Assembly (NCBI GenBank): GCA_963663765.2
Contig: CAXXUA010000005.1
Coordinates: forward strand, 1,504,001-1,568,000
Reading direction: 5' to 3'
Length of the DNA: 64,000 bases
DNA from: Candidatus Poribacteria bacterium
GTDB lineage: Bacteria; Poribacteria; WGA-4E; WGA-3G
The position numbers and the translations under genes are program-made. The stretch's first letter is position 1. Each line of letters opens with the position of its first letter. Of the stretch, positions 49,972 through 60,730 are shown one piece after another. The notes beneath the pieces were generated by a model. That model was given only the letters and a program-made list of their open reading frames with translations, was not told the DNA's origin and searched no databases.

Positions 49972-52251
49972 TTATTCAACATCCAACTCTCGTATTATAG
50001 ATGTTAGATCCCATAATAGTAAGGTATCATCAAAGCCAAAACTGGCAAGTGTTTTCCCATCATCACTAAAAGATAAACCTGTAATTTTTCTTGAATGTCC
50101 AGCAAGCGTTTTTATAATTTCTCCAGTACGTAAATCCCATAGGTTTATAATCTCATTATCGTATCTCGAATTCATCCCAGGGCTTTCAGTTGCCAATGGT
50201 AAACCGTTAGGGTAAAATTTAACATACCAGAAAAAATGTTTATCGCCAGAAATTGATTGTACTTGTTGTCCGGTATCTATATCCCATAAACGGACCGTTC
50301 CATCCTTGCCTGTACTCGCAAGAGAACGTCCGTCATAACTAAAACAGATACTTGTAACAGCATCCGCGTGTCCTGTGAGAGGTTTCTCTATTTGCCATGT
50401 AGAAGCATTCCATAGATCTATAATCCCATTCTCATAACCCACAGCAAGCATACTTCCATCGTGATTGAATGATAAGACCAGATCAGGATCACGTCCCATT
50501 TTAACTGACGGTTTTTGTCTTGTACCTATATTCTTATATTTACCAGTAGTAACATCCCATATATACAATACATACTCATGATCACCTGCGACAAGAATTT
50601 TACCATCTGGGCTGAAGGTGGCATCTTGGATTAAATTCGTATATCCTTGAAACGTTCGTTTATGTCTGCCGGTAGAAACATCCCACAAACGAATCGCCTT
50701 ATCTTTGTTGACACCCCAACTCACAAGGGTACTGCTATCCGGACTAAATACAACTCGGTTAATCCGTCCTTTATGGCCTTTTATTGTTCGCTTGTGTTCA
50801 CCTGTGGTGGCATTCCAAAAACGAATTAACCCATCCTTACTTGCATTCCAACTCGCTATTGTTTCTCCATTTGGACTCACCAGAACATCATGTGGCCAGC
50901 TGCCTTTAGAGCTATTCGTCTTCCCAATAAGTGTATGCAACCGTTTCGTAGCGGCATCCCACAGAGATAAAGTTGCGTTCGATTCTGAAATGATGGCTTT
51001 TTCTCTATTAGGAGTGATAGCAATATAATAGGTATCATACTGTATATGATCAGAATTATCTCTTGGATTAAGGTTTGAAATAGTCCTCTTAAGTTTCCCT
51101 GTCGTAATATCCCATATACGAATACCACCTGGATAATCTACAGTTGCCAGCGTCTTTCCATCAGGACTAAAGGATGCATTCGTAAGGTAACCGGTATAAC
51201 CCTTGAAACGTCTACGTTTACCTGATGCAATATCCCACATTCGAATTTCGTAACCGTTAACCAAACTAAGAATCAATTTTCCATCAGGACTAAACAGAAT
51301 ATTTTCTACCCCACTTACATAACTTGTCTCCTTGTTGTCTTCATTTTTATCGGAAAAAGTCTGTTTAAGTTTACCAGTCGTTGAATCCCACAGGTGGATC
51401 GTTCTGGATTCGCCTGCGGTAATGAGTATACTTTGATCCGAACTGAAAATCGTCCTTTTTATCTTTTCTTTTGTTTTTATTTTATCGGATATAACACCTT
51501 GAATCGCAAATGGTAGTTTTAGTTCCCCTGAGGTAATATCCCAAAAATTAATCGTCATATCCCTGCTTACACTAATTAGTGTGCTTCCATCCGGATTGAA
51601 TGATAAGAAAGTAATATCATCCTGGTGACCTGTTAGCGTTCGTATGTGTTTGCCTGTTTTAACATCCCACAAACGGACTGTCTGATCATGACTCCCACTT
51701 GCTATGATTTTGTCATCTGGACTATATGCCAAACAGGATATATAGTCTTCATGTCCTTTGAGTATATGTTTGGAAGTATTCGTCTTTGAATCCCGTATAT
51801 GAATTTCCTTGAAACTTATAGTTGCAAAAGTGTTTCTGTCTGATTTGTATGTCGCATTGCGAGGGAAATCATGCTTCTTTTTTGACGGTTTTTTGATTTT
51901 CGATAGAGTAACATCCCAATAGGTGATTTTATGACTGAACCTTTCCATACCTGCAAGAACTGTCCCATCATGATTAAAATACACTTTCTCCATTTCCTGA
52001 TGACTTCGAGTAAACAGTTTCCGTTCCTGATATGTCTCAGTGTCATATACCCAAATACCAATGGTAGTCGCAACTGCAAGTATAGATCCATCAGGGGAAT
52101 ATTGCATATCATTGATCCGTCCCTTTCCAAAACGGGCGATTGCATCATCAGGTAACTCCCATTGTGTGTAGCCTTGAGCATATATATTGGGTATGCCGAT
52201 TTGAAGAAGAAGGAGTAACAAGCTAATTATAGATAGTACTGTTTTTATCAT
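49972..52251 (-). CDS. Secreted WD40-repeat protein
   Basis: Signal peptide, TQWELP..ARFGKG, many GH..FSPDG..LWD repeats. Confidence 0.92.
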   Translation of the reverse strand: MIKTVLSIISLLLLLLQIGIPNIYAQGYTQWELPDDAIARFGKGRINDMQYSPDGSILAVATTIGIWVYDTETYQERKLFTRSHQEMEKVYFNHDGTVLAGMERFSHKITYWDVTLSKIKKPSKKKHDFPRNATYKSDRNTFATISFKEIHIRDSKTNTSKHILKGHEDYISCLAYSPDDKIIASGSHDQTVRLWDVKTGKHIRTLTGHQDDITFLSFNPDGSTLISVSRDMTINFWDITSGELKLPFAIQGVISDKIKTKEKIKRTIFSSDQSILITAGESRTIHLWDSTTGKLKQTFSDKNEDNKETSYVSGVENILFSPDGKLILSLVNGYEIRMWDIASGKRRRFKGYTGYLTNASFSPDGKTLATVDYPGGIRIWDITTGKLKRTISNLNPRDNSDHIQYDTYYIAITPNREKAIISESNATLSLWDAATKRLHTLIGKTNSSKGSWPHDVLVSPNGETIASWNASKDGLIRFWNATTGEHKRTIKGHKGRINRVVFSPDSSTLVSWGVNKDKAIRLWDVSTGRHKRTFQGYTNLIQDATFSPDGKILVAGDHEYVLYIWDVTTGKYKNIGTRQKPSVKMGRDPDLVLSFNHDGSMLAVGYENGIIDLWNASTWQIEKPLTGHADAVTSICFSYDGRSLASTGKDGTVRLWDIDTGQQVQSISGDKHFFWYVKFYPNGLPLATESPGMNSRYDNEIINLWDLRTGEIIKTLAGHSRKITGLSFSDDGKTLASFGFDDTLLLWDLTSIIRELDVE

Positions 52252-52308
52252 TTGTAAGACCTCCTATTACATTCTCACCATAACGATATGTTCCGACTAT
52301 GTTATTTT

Positions 52309-52434
52309 AACGTGAGTTTGATAAATGCCCATTGTAGCGCAAACTGGAAAGTTTGTGCTACAAGAACCGCAAGGTGAGCCTTCGGAGAAAAAACCTGTTA
52401 TTGAGCTGATGTCATTTATTATCAAACTGGCGTT
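52309..52434. mobile_element. 126-bp MITE
   Basis: AACGTGAGTTTGATAA / TTATCAAACTGGCGTT; ATTTT duplicated on both sides. Confidence 0.75.
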
Positions 52435-52437
52435 ATT

Positions 52438-54537
52438 TTAGTTTACCATCTCCGTGTTCTCGTCATTGTTCCTCTGAGATAACACTGTCAAATCCCATAA
52501 GAGTGTTGTGCCATCAACACCAGAACTAACAAGAGTCTGTCCATCAGGACTGAATTTTAGGTAAGTAACATAACCAACATGCCCCGTAAAAGTCTTAATT
52601 CGTTTCCCTGTAGTAACATCCCATACATTGATCACACCATCAACACGTCCGCCTACAAGGATTGTGCCATCAGGACTAAACGACAACTGAACGATCTGCC
52701 TTTTGTTGTCTTTACCATATCCACCGATTATATACTGATTCTTAAGGATACTTATTTCCTCTCCAGTATCAACATTCCACAAATAGATACTTCCATCTAT
52801 ATCTGTCTTCACCAACATTTTATATTCTGAATTTAAAGCTAAAAAACTAAACACACTTGGTTTTTCAGGAATTATCTTTTTCTGTTTGCTTATAGTGTCC
52901 CACACAACAATTTCTGAATCAGTACAATATGCAAGCATACTCCCATCAGAACTGATTGGTATATTAGCAGGAAATAGACTTGTGTCTTTAACCCGTTTAG
53001 ATAATGTTGTATGTGATCCTGTCTCTAAATCCCACAGATAAAGGGAGTATGGTTGATCTTTCTTATAATTCCTCGATAATGCGAAATTTCCATCTGGACT
53101 GAACACTATTTGATAACTTTGTACATCCACTTTAAAGTTATGTTTTTGTCTTCCATTTCTAACATCCCATAGACGAATCATCCTGTCCTGACCGAAACTG
53201 ATAAGTGTTGCATCATCCTTCAACATAATCTGTGAAACTTGATCAGAATGTCCTCTTAATGTCTTTTTATGTTCCCCTGTGGCAACTGTCCAGAGCCGAA
53301 TAGTCTTATCCAAACCTCCACTTGCCAGAGTCTTTCCATCTGAACTGAAGGATAGACTATTCACCCGTTTCTTATGACCCGTGAGTATAGTCTGCACTTC
53401 CTGTGTGTTTACATCATAGAGAATTATGTTATTGCTTCCATAAGTGGTTGCAGCTGTAATTTTATCTTTACTGAACACTATATTCTTTGAGGCAAAACCG
53501 TCACCATGTCCAACAATAGTATTCTTATGTTTCCCTGTATTTAGATCCCACTGATGGATAATTCCATCCATACTTGAACTTGCCAAAGTTTTTCCGTTTG
53601 GACTTAAGACGATTCTATGCAGATATTTAGAATTTGTTTTGAAAGTGTGCTTACGTCTTCCAGTGGCAACATGCCATACACGTATTGTTTTGTCTTCACT
53701 TATGCTTGCAATGCTACTACCATCACGACTGAAGTTTAAACTTCGAATAGGTTTCCTATGTCCTTTTAAGGTCTTATGTAATGTTTCTGTTGCAGCATTC
53801 CACAAACGGACCGTCTTATCCCTACTTCCAGAGGCAATCATCTTCCCATCAGGACTGAATGAGACACAGGTGATACTCTCCTTATGTGCATCATTTATTT
53901 TCTTCTTTGTTTCAGTTCCAAAATCAAAGTATCGGATTGTCTTGTAATTTCCATTAACCACCGATATTCTATCTTTGTGAAATGTTATATCAGATTGGCG
54001 TTCTAATTGCATATTCCAATACTGTTTATACACACTTTTTTCTACATCCCAAATATGCAAACCATAATCACTCCAACAAGTTAATGTTGACCCATCCAGA
54101 CTGAAATTTACACCTATGATATCTCTCCTATGTCCCATAAATGTATGCATGAGTTTACGGGTTTCAACATTCCATAGTCGAACCAATTTATTTCCACATG
54201 CAGTGGCAAGTGTTTTTCCGTCATGACTGAATCCTATAGAATTCACACCTTCTCTGTTCTTTGTAAGGAGTGCAAGTTCATTACCACTATTCGAATCATA
54301 AAGCCAAGTTCCTGTTGAACTGGCAACAGCGAGTATAGTACTGTCTGGAGAATACGCCAAGTCTTTTACAGTACCCTTTCCGATACGTGCTTTCACTCCA
54401 TCTGGTAAATACCATTGCGGAGTATTTAATTGTGCCGTATTCACATCAAGTAGATCCGGTGTTGAAGGATAACGAAATAGCCAAATAGCTACAACTATGA
54501 CGATAACCAAAAATATGATAACTAATGCATTTTTCAT
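52438..54537 (-). CDS. Membrane-anchored WD40-repeat protein
   Basis: Probable start MKNALV at 54537 (the longer ORF runs into a MITE); TM helix, WD40 repeats. Confidence 0.9.
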   Translation of the reverse strand: MKNALVIIFLVIVIVVAIWLFRYPSTPDLLDVNTAQLNTPQWYLPDGVKARIGKGTVKDLAYSPDSTILAVASSTGTWLYDSNSGNELALLTKNREGVNSIGFSHDGKTLATACGNKLVRLWNVETRKLMHTFMGHRRDIIGVNFSLDGSTLTCWSDYGLHIWDVEKSVYKQYWNMQLERQSDITFHKDRISVVNGNYKTIRYFDFGTETKKKINDAHKESITCVSFSPDGKMIASGSRDKTVRLWNAATETLHKTLKGHRKPIRSLNFSRDGSSIASISEDKTIRVWHVATGRRKHTFKTNSKYLHRIVLSPNGKTLASSSMDGIIHQWDLNTGKHKNTIVGHGDGFASKNIVFSKDKITAATTYGSNNIILYDVNTQEVQTILTGHKKRVNSLSFSSDGKTLASGGLDKTIRLWTVATGEHKKTLRGHSDQVSQIMLKDDATLISFGQDRMIRLWDVRNGRQKHNFKVDVQSYQIVFSPDGNFALSRNYKKDQPYSLYLWDLETGSHTTLSKRVKDTSLFPANIPISSDGSMLAYCTDSEIVVWDTISKQKKIIPEKPSVFSFLALNSEYKMLVKTDIDGSIYLWNVDTGEEISILKNQYIIGGYGKDNKRQIVQLSFSPDGTILVGGRVDGVINVWDVTTGKRIKTFTGHVGYVTYLKFSPDGQTLVSSGVDGTTLLWDLTVLSQRNNDENTEMVN

Positions 54538-54849
54538 CTCATTACATCCTTTACGAACCATACTTCTTAGTTCAATTATCTTGATTATAGCAATATATCT
54601 ATCTTGTGTCAACCCATGGGTGTGTAAAGTTTTTGCACAAACATCCCACTCTCCATTGTAGGGTGAAATCAACGGTATGAATGCCATTTAGGCATTCCCC
54701 GGGTCTCTGTGCCCCGCCGCAACTGATTAAATGAGAGATTGCAGGAACAAGAACCATAGGTGTTGTCAACATAAGGAAATATTGTTAATATCAACCATAC
54801 TCTTCAGTCCCGTAGGGACGATATGTTTATAGAAAACTAATCCAGCCAC

Positions 54850-55568
54850 GGTAGGCGTGCTTTGTAAGCGCGCCCCCGACGGTAGGCGTGCTTTGTAAGC
54901 GCGCCCCCGATGGTAGACGTGCTTTGTAAGCGCGCCCCCGATGGTAGACGTGCTTTGTAAGCGCGCCCCCGATGGTAGACGTGCTTTGTAAGCGCGCCCC
55001 CGATGGTAGACGTGCTTTGTAAGCGCGCCCCCGATGGTAGACGTGCTTTGTAAGCGCGCCCCCGATGGTAGACGTGCTTTGTAAGCGCGCCCCCGATGGT
55101 AGACGTGCTTTGTAAGCGCGCCCCCGATGGTAGACGTGCTTTGTAAGCGCGCCCCCGATGGTAGACGTGCTTTGTAAGCGCGCCCCCGATGGTAGACGTG
55201 CTTTGTAAGCGCGCCCCCGATGGTAGACGTGCTTTGTAAGCGCGCCCCCGATGGTAGACGTGCTTTGTAAGCGCGCCCCCGATGGTAGACGTGCTTTGTA
55301 AGCGCGCCCCCGATGGTAGACGTGCTTTGTAAGCGCGCCCCCGACGGTAGACGTGCTTTGTAAGCGCGCCCCCGATGGTAGACGTGCTTTGTAAGCGCGC
55401 CCCCGATGGTAGACGTGCTTTGTAAGCGCGCCCCCGATGGTAGACGTGCTTTGTAAGCGCGCCCCCGATGGTAGACGTGCTTTGTAAGCGCGCCCCCGAT
55501 GGTAGACGTGCTTTGTAAGCGCGCTGGCACATCAAGTCCCAACAGCGCGCTTACAAAGCACGCCTACC
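54850..55568 (+). repeat. 22 x 31-bp homogeneous REP-arm array plus closing inverted arm
   Basis: GGTAGACGTGCTTTGTAAGCGCGCCCCCGAT from 54850 to 55501; then CAGCGCGCTTACAAAGCACGCCTACC. Confidence 0.95.
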
Positions 55569-55593
55569 ATTTGAGAAATATTTATTACCCTAT

Positions 55594-55718
55594 TAATAAA
55601 TTTTTCTTCATTCGGGACTAATAAATTTTTCTTCATTCGGGACTAATAAATTTTTCTTCATTCGGGACTAATAAATTTTTCTTCATTCGGGACTAATAAA
55701 TTAATCTTCATACGGGAC
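55594..55718 (+). repeat. 5 x 25-bp tandem repeat
   Basis: TAATAAATTTTTCTTCATTCGGGAC, last copy variant. Confidence 0.88.
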
Positions 55719-55787
55719 TAAAGAGAACAAAAGTTTGTACCTCTGTGCAAAAACTTTACACACCCCAACCCATCAGTGTTATTTAGC

Positions 55788-56973
55788 CAGGGATATTCAG
55801 TTTTAAGAGTTTTCTGTTATTGAGATTTACTGAAAGTTAATACCCAGGTTCGGTTTCCTAACCGAAATTTATACATCAATTTTGGATTATTGAAACATGA
55901 ACATCGCTCTTTAGTCCCGTAGGGACGATATGTTTATAGAAAACGAATACCCTTCCAGTTCTTTAGTCCCGTAGGGACGATATGTTTATAGAAAACGAAT
56001 ACCCTTCCAGTTCTTTAGTCCCGTAGGGACGATATGTTTATAGAAAACGAATACCCTTCCAGTTCTTTAGTCCCGTAGGGACGATATGTTTATAGAAAAC
56101 GAATACCCTTCCAGTTCTTTAGTCCCGTAGGGACGATATGTTTATTCTTCTATGTCGTTCCTGCGGAACTCAATTGGGGTTGAAAACATTTTCTATAAAC
56201 ATTTCGTCCCTATGGGACTAAAGACATGGACAAGATGGTATCACATAAAATTAACGACATAGCACAATATTTTTGATATTTTTGGACTATTACGTTAATG
56301 TTATACCGTTTCTGATAATATAGTTCTCTTTTGAGCATCAAACTTTTAGTTTGTGCTGTCCTACACCACATTTCACAAAAGTCGGTAATGTGACATGATT
56401 TCTTAGAAATGGTATTATGGTAAACTTTGAAATTAAAGATGCATTTTTTGTAGGAGCGATCTCCGAATCGCGACGAAACTTACTGATAGTCGGGAATCGG
56501 AGTTCCCTCCTACACCTCAAAATGTCCTGTTAATTCTAAAGTTCACTATATATGGTAACCCCTTGTCCGTGTCTTTAGTCCCGTTAGGGACGATATGTTG
56601 ATAGAAAAAATGAACAACACGTCTTGAGTTCCGTAGGAACGATATGTTGGTCATAGTTGTTGTTATTATAAACATATCGTCCCTACGGGACTAAGAGAAG
56701 GGGACAACGTTTTTCTATAAACATTGCGTCCTTACGGGACTAAAGAGCATATCTCATTCTCAGAAAATCCTTAAATTAATGCCTATGGGTTCGCGTAAAC
56801 CTTACCTACCTACCTACACTACAACTCTAAGTAATATACATAAACTAAGAATTCTTAAAACTATGGTAGATTTTGGAATTAATTGGACACTCTGCCCCAG
56901 CGAGGTTAGGAAACCGCGCCTACCGAGGGACGCAAGTGTCTATTTATTTTATAATTCACCATAAATAACCCTG
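55788..56973. mobile_element. CAGGG-type composite MITE with nested REPIN modules
   Basis: CAGGGATATTCAG ... AAATAACCCTG; flanks GTTATTTAG(C/T). Confidence 0.65.
55911..56144 (+). repeat. 5 x 52-bp tandem REP arms
   Basis: TTAGTCCCGTAGGGACGATATGTTTATAGAAAACGAATACCCTTCCAGTTCT at 55911, 55963, 56015, 56067, 56119. Confidence 0.9.
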
Positions 56974-57476
56974 GTTATTTAGTTTTCGGTTTTTCTGCTA
57001 TATTTTTCACATTTCAATATAAACCACTTGTAGGTATAAACTATCAGTAACACTCATCAGCTGATAATTCTTAAAACTAAATAGCCCTGTTCAAAATGGC
57101 GAAGGTATTGACAAAGAAAACACCAACATTTTTTCTTAAATTGGCGCTTATAGGTTTCGCTTCGCACTACCCGACTCACGAACTTTATGTTTATTAGAGA
57201 CAAAAAAATATGGACAATTAAACCATAATAATGTTTAATACCTAACCAAGTAGGTAAACCCATGAGACACCTATCACTCAAGCACATTTTCAAAATGTTT
57301 GAGGGTGTTGTTGTATTCCTGATAAGACAGAATGAGTATATACAATGGATTATTGTAAATCTCAATGGGATACACTCTCAAATCACCAACTTTTTGACAT
57401 ATACGTCAAAAATGTATATATTCCAGATCCATAACTCTGGTATGTAGATAAGATTAAACGAAATGAGGTATTAATT

Positions 57477-59360
57477 TTGAAAGCACTACCTTTTACAGAT
57501 GTAACAATCAATGACCGTTTTTGGTCACCCCGACAAACAACAAACTCAGAGAAAACAATACCGCATGAACTTGAGCAATGCCGTACAACAGGTAGAATCA
57601 ATAACTTCGCAAAAGCAGCTGGATTGATGGAAGGTAATTTTGAAGGTATCTTTTTCAACGATTCGGATGTCCACAAATTAGTCGAAGCTGCCTCATATAC
57701 CTTGCAGACACATCCCAATCCCTCATGGGAAGCGGAACTTGACGAAGTAATCGACGCAATAGCCAAAAGTCAACAAGCAGATGGATACCTAAATTCATAT
57801 TTTACATTGGTTGAACCTGAAAAAAAGTGGCAAAACCTTGGCATGATGCACGAATTATACTGCGCAGGACATCTGTTTGAAGCTGCCGTTGCTCACTATC
57901 AAGCAACCAAAAAAGAAAAACTGATAAATGTTGCATGCCAATTCGCTGACCTGATTGACAACACATTCGGACCTGGGAAACGCGATGGTCTCCCAGGACA
58001 TCAAGGGATTGAACTTGCATTGGTGAAATTGGCACGTGTAACAGGTGAATCGCGTTATATGTCGTTAGCGGAGTATTTTGTCACGAAACGGGGACATAGA
58101 CCTTCAGTTTTTGAAAAAGAACTGGAAAATCCTGATCTTCCAGGTGGTCTCGGGGCATACAAACATCACTACACACGTGATGATAAATTTGAGGGAACAT
58201 ATTCACAGGCACATCTACCAATACAAGAACAGACAGAATGTGTAGGGCATGCTGTACGTGCAATGTACCTTTATGCTGGAGCTGCCGATATTGCACAAGA
58301 AAAAGGTGATACAGGTATAACAAACGCATTAGACGCACTTTGGGACAATGTCGGAAAACGCCTCTATATAACAGGTGGCGTAGGACCATCTGGACACAAT
58401 GAAGGATTCACACAGGACTATGAATTGCCGAATTTCTCTGCGTATGCGGAGACATGTGCTTCCATTGGACTCATATTTTGGGCACATCGGATGTTCCTAC
58501 TGAAGGGTGAGTCACGATATATAGATGTGTTAGAGACCGCACTATATAACGGTGCACTTTCTGGTATCTCACTTGATGGTAAAGATTTCTTTTATCAGAA
58601 TCCTTTGGCGAGTCGGGGTGGCAGACACAGGCATGCATGGTTCGGGTGTGCATGTTGTCCCCCAAACATTGCACGTCTACTCGGTTCTCTTGGGCAATAT
58701 ATCTATGCACAATCAGAAAATGACTTGTGGATTAATCTCTATGTTGGTGGAACAGCATCTGCTACGGTTAGGGACGATATTTCACTGAAAATCACGCAGG
58801 AAACTGAATATCCGTGGATGGGTGATGTGAAAATAACAGTTTCACCTGAAAAAACAACGAAGTTTGCACTGAACCTTAGAATACCTGATTGGTGTAATCA
58901 TTTTGATGTCAGTATCAACGGGGAAACCTACAATGCGACTACAGGTACGAATGGTTATATTTCAATAGACAGACAGTGGAAACCTAACGAAACAGTTGCA
59001 TTGTCTTTAGACATGCCTGTAGAACGTATCTACGCACATCCTAATGTACGGGATAACCTTGGAAGGTCTGCATTGCGACGCGGTCCTCTGGTCTACTGTT
59101 TTGAGGATGTTGACAATCCTGACGGTGCTTTTGAGACGTTATCACTTGTTGATGATGTAGCAGTTGAAGCTGTCTATGACAGTGACCTTCTGGGTGGTAT
59201 TACGTTCCTACGTGGCACTGGCACGGCATTTGATGTTGCTGATTGGGAAAGCAACTTATATCTTACGAGAACGAGTCCAAAGCGGATGGAGTACACTGCA
59301 GTTCCCTATTATGCTTGGTGCAATCGTGGTGCTGGACAGATGGCGGTTTGGGTATTTTAA
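57477..59360 (+). CDS. Glycoside hydrolase family 127 (beta-L-arabinofuranosidase-like)
   Basis: DSDVHK, HELYCAGH, GHAVRAMY, YAETCA, CACCPPN, PYYAWCNR. Confidence 0.93.
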   Translation: MKALPFTDVTINDRFWSPRQTTNSEKTIPHELEQCRTTGRINNFAKAAGLMEGNFEGIFFNDSDVHKLVEAASYTLQTHPNPSWEAELDEVIDAIAKSQQADGYLNSYFTLVEPEKKWQNLGMMHELYCAGHLFEAAVAHYQATKKEKLINVACQFADLIDNTFGPGKRDGLPGHQGIELALVKLARVTGESRYMSLAEYFVTKRGHRPSVFEKELENPDLPGGLGAYKHHYTRDDKFEGTYSQAHLPIQEQTECVGHAVRAMYLYAGAADIAQEKGDTGITNALDALWDNVGKRLYITGGVGPSGHNEGFTQDYELPNFSAYAETCASIGLIFWAHRMFLLKGESRYIDVLETALYNGALSGISLDGKDFFYQNPLASRGGRHRHAWFGCACCPPNIARLLGSLGQYIYAQSENDLWINLYVGGTASATVRDDISLKITQETEYPWMGDVKITVSPEKTTKFALNLRIPDWCNHFDVSINGETYNATTGTNGYISIDRQWKPNETVALSLDMPVERIYAHPNVRDNLGRSALRRGPLVYCFEDVDNPDGAFETLSLVDDVAVEAVYDSDLLGGITFLRGTGTAFDVADWESNLYLTRTSPKRMEYTAVPYYAWCNRGAGQMAVWVF

Positions 59361-59446
59361 TTTTTTTATCTACATTATACCAATTCAAATAAATCTTGTC
59401 TCAATAAGGAAGTCTAATGTTGACTGCCAGAGGGTTACTCTCTTCG

Positions 59447-60687
59447 GTAGGAGGGAACTCCGATTCCCGACTATCAAGACGTTCAGTCGCGATTCGGAGA
59501 TCGCTCCTACAGAAAAAGTGTAAACTTAATTGTATATTTCACTATAATAGTGTCCCAGGACTGCACCCCATAGGTGTCAATTTAAGCAATTTGACCTCTT
59601 GTAGGAGGGGTTTTCAACCCCGATTTTATGGACATTTGCTCTCAAATCGGGGTTGAAAACCCCTCCCACAAGAGAAATACCAACACTTTTTTCTTATACT
59701 GGATTTTAGAATTATTTTTACACTTTCAGGTGTAGGAGGGAACTCCGATTCCCGACTATCAAGACGTTCAGTCGCGATTCGGAGATCGCTCCTACAGAAA
59801 AAGTGTAAACTTAATTGTATATTTCACTATAATAGTGTCCCAGGACTGCACCCCAAAGGCGTCAATTTAAGCAATTTGACCTCTTGTAGGAGGGGTTTTC
59901 AACCCCGATTTTATGGACATTTGCTCTCAAATCGGGGTTGAAAACCCCTCCCACAAGAGAAATACCAACACTTTTTTCTTATACTGGATTTTAGAATTAT
60001 TTTTACACTTTCAGGTGTAGGAGCGACCTCCGATTCCCGACTATCAAGACGTTCAGTCGCGATTCGGAGATCGCTCCTACAGAAAAAGTGTAAACTTAAT
60101 TGTATATTTCACTATAATAGTGTCCCAGGACTGCACCCCAAAGGCGTCAATTTAAGCAATTTGACCTCTTGTGGGAAGGGTTTTCAACCCCGATTTTATG
60201 GACATTTGCTCTCAAATCGGGGTTGAAAACCCCTCCCACAAGAGAAATACCAACACTTTTTTCTTATACTGGATTTTAGAATTATTTTTACACTTTCAGG
60301 TGTAGGAGGGAACTCCGATTCCCGACTATCAAGACGTTCAGTCGCGATTCGGAGATCGCTCCTACAGAAAAAGTGTAAACTTAATTGTATATTTCACTAT
60401 AATAGTGTCCCAGGACTGCACCCCAAAGGCGTCAATTTAAGGAATTTGACCTCTTGTAGGAGGGGTTTTCAACCCCGATTTTATGGACATTTGCTCTCAA
60501 ATCGGGGTTGAAAACCCCTCCCACAAGAGAAATACCAACACTTTTTTCTTATACTGGATTTTAGAATTATTTTTACACTTTCAGGTGTAGGAGGGAACTC
60601 CGATTCCCGACTATCAAAGCGTTCAGTCGCGATTCGGAGATCGCTCCTACAGAAAAAGTGTAAACTTAATTGTATATTTCACTATAA
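59447..60687. repeat. 285-bp tandem repeat (4 full units plus a partial), each with two different REPIN hairpins
   Basis: Module starts at 59447, 59732, 60017, 60302, 60587. Confidence 0.92.
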
Positions 60688-60730
60688 ATTGACGTATATG
60701 AGTGTCTCAGAACTGCACCCTAACCTACAA

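Larger units (their letters stand above)
54618..55765. mobile_element. Non-autonomous ISKra4-type MITE, 1148 bp
   Basis: Perfect 22-bp TIR GGGTGTGTAAAGTTTTTGCACA; 8-bp duplication CAACCCAT (54610-54617, 55766-55773). Confidence 0.92.

Noticed and set aside
49521-50000. 159-aa ORF as a real gene
   Set aside because: It is a chimera of MITE sequence and an IS630 HTH fragment; reported as a remnant instead.
59447-60687. Integron attC array
   Set aside because: No cassette ORFs between hairpins, no integrase, and the units are near-identical copies of modules found singly elsewhere.
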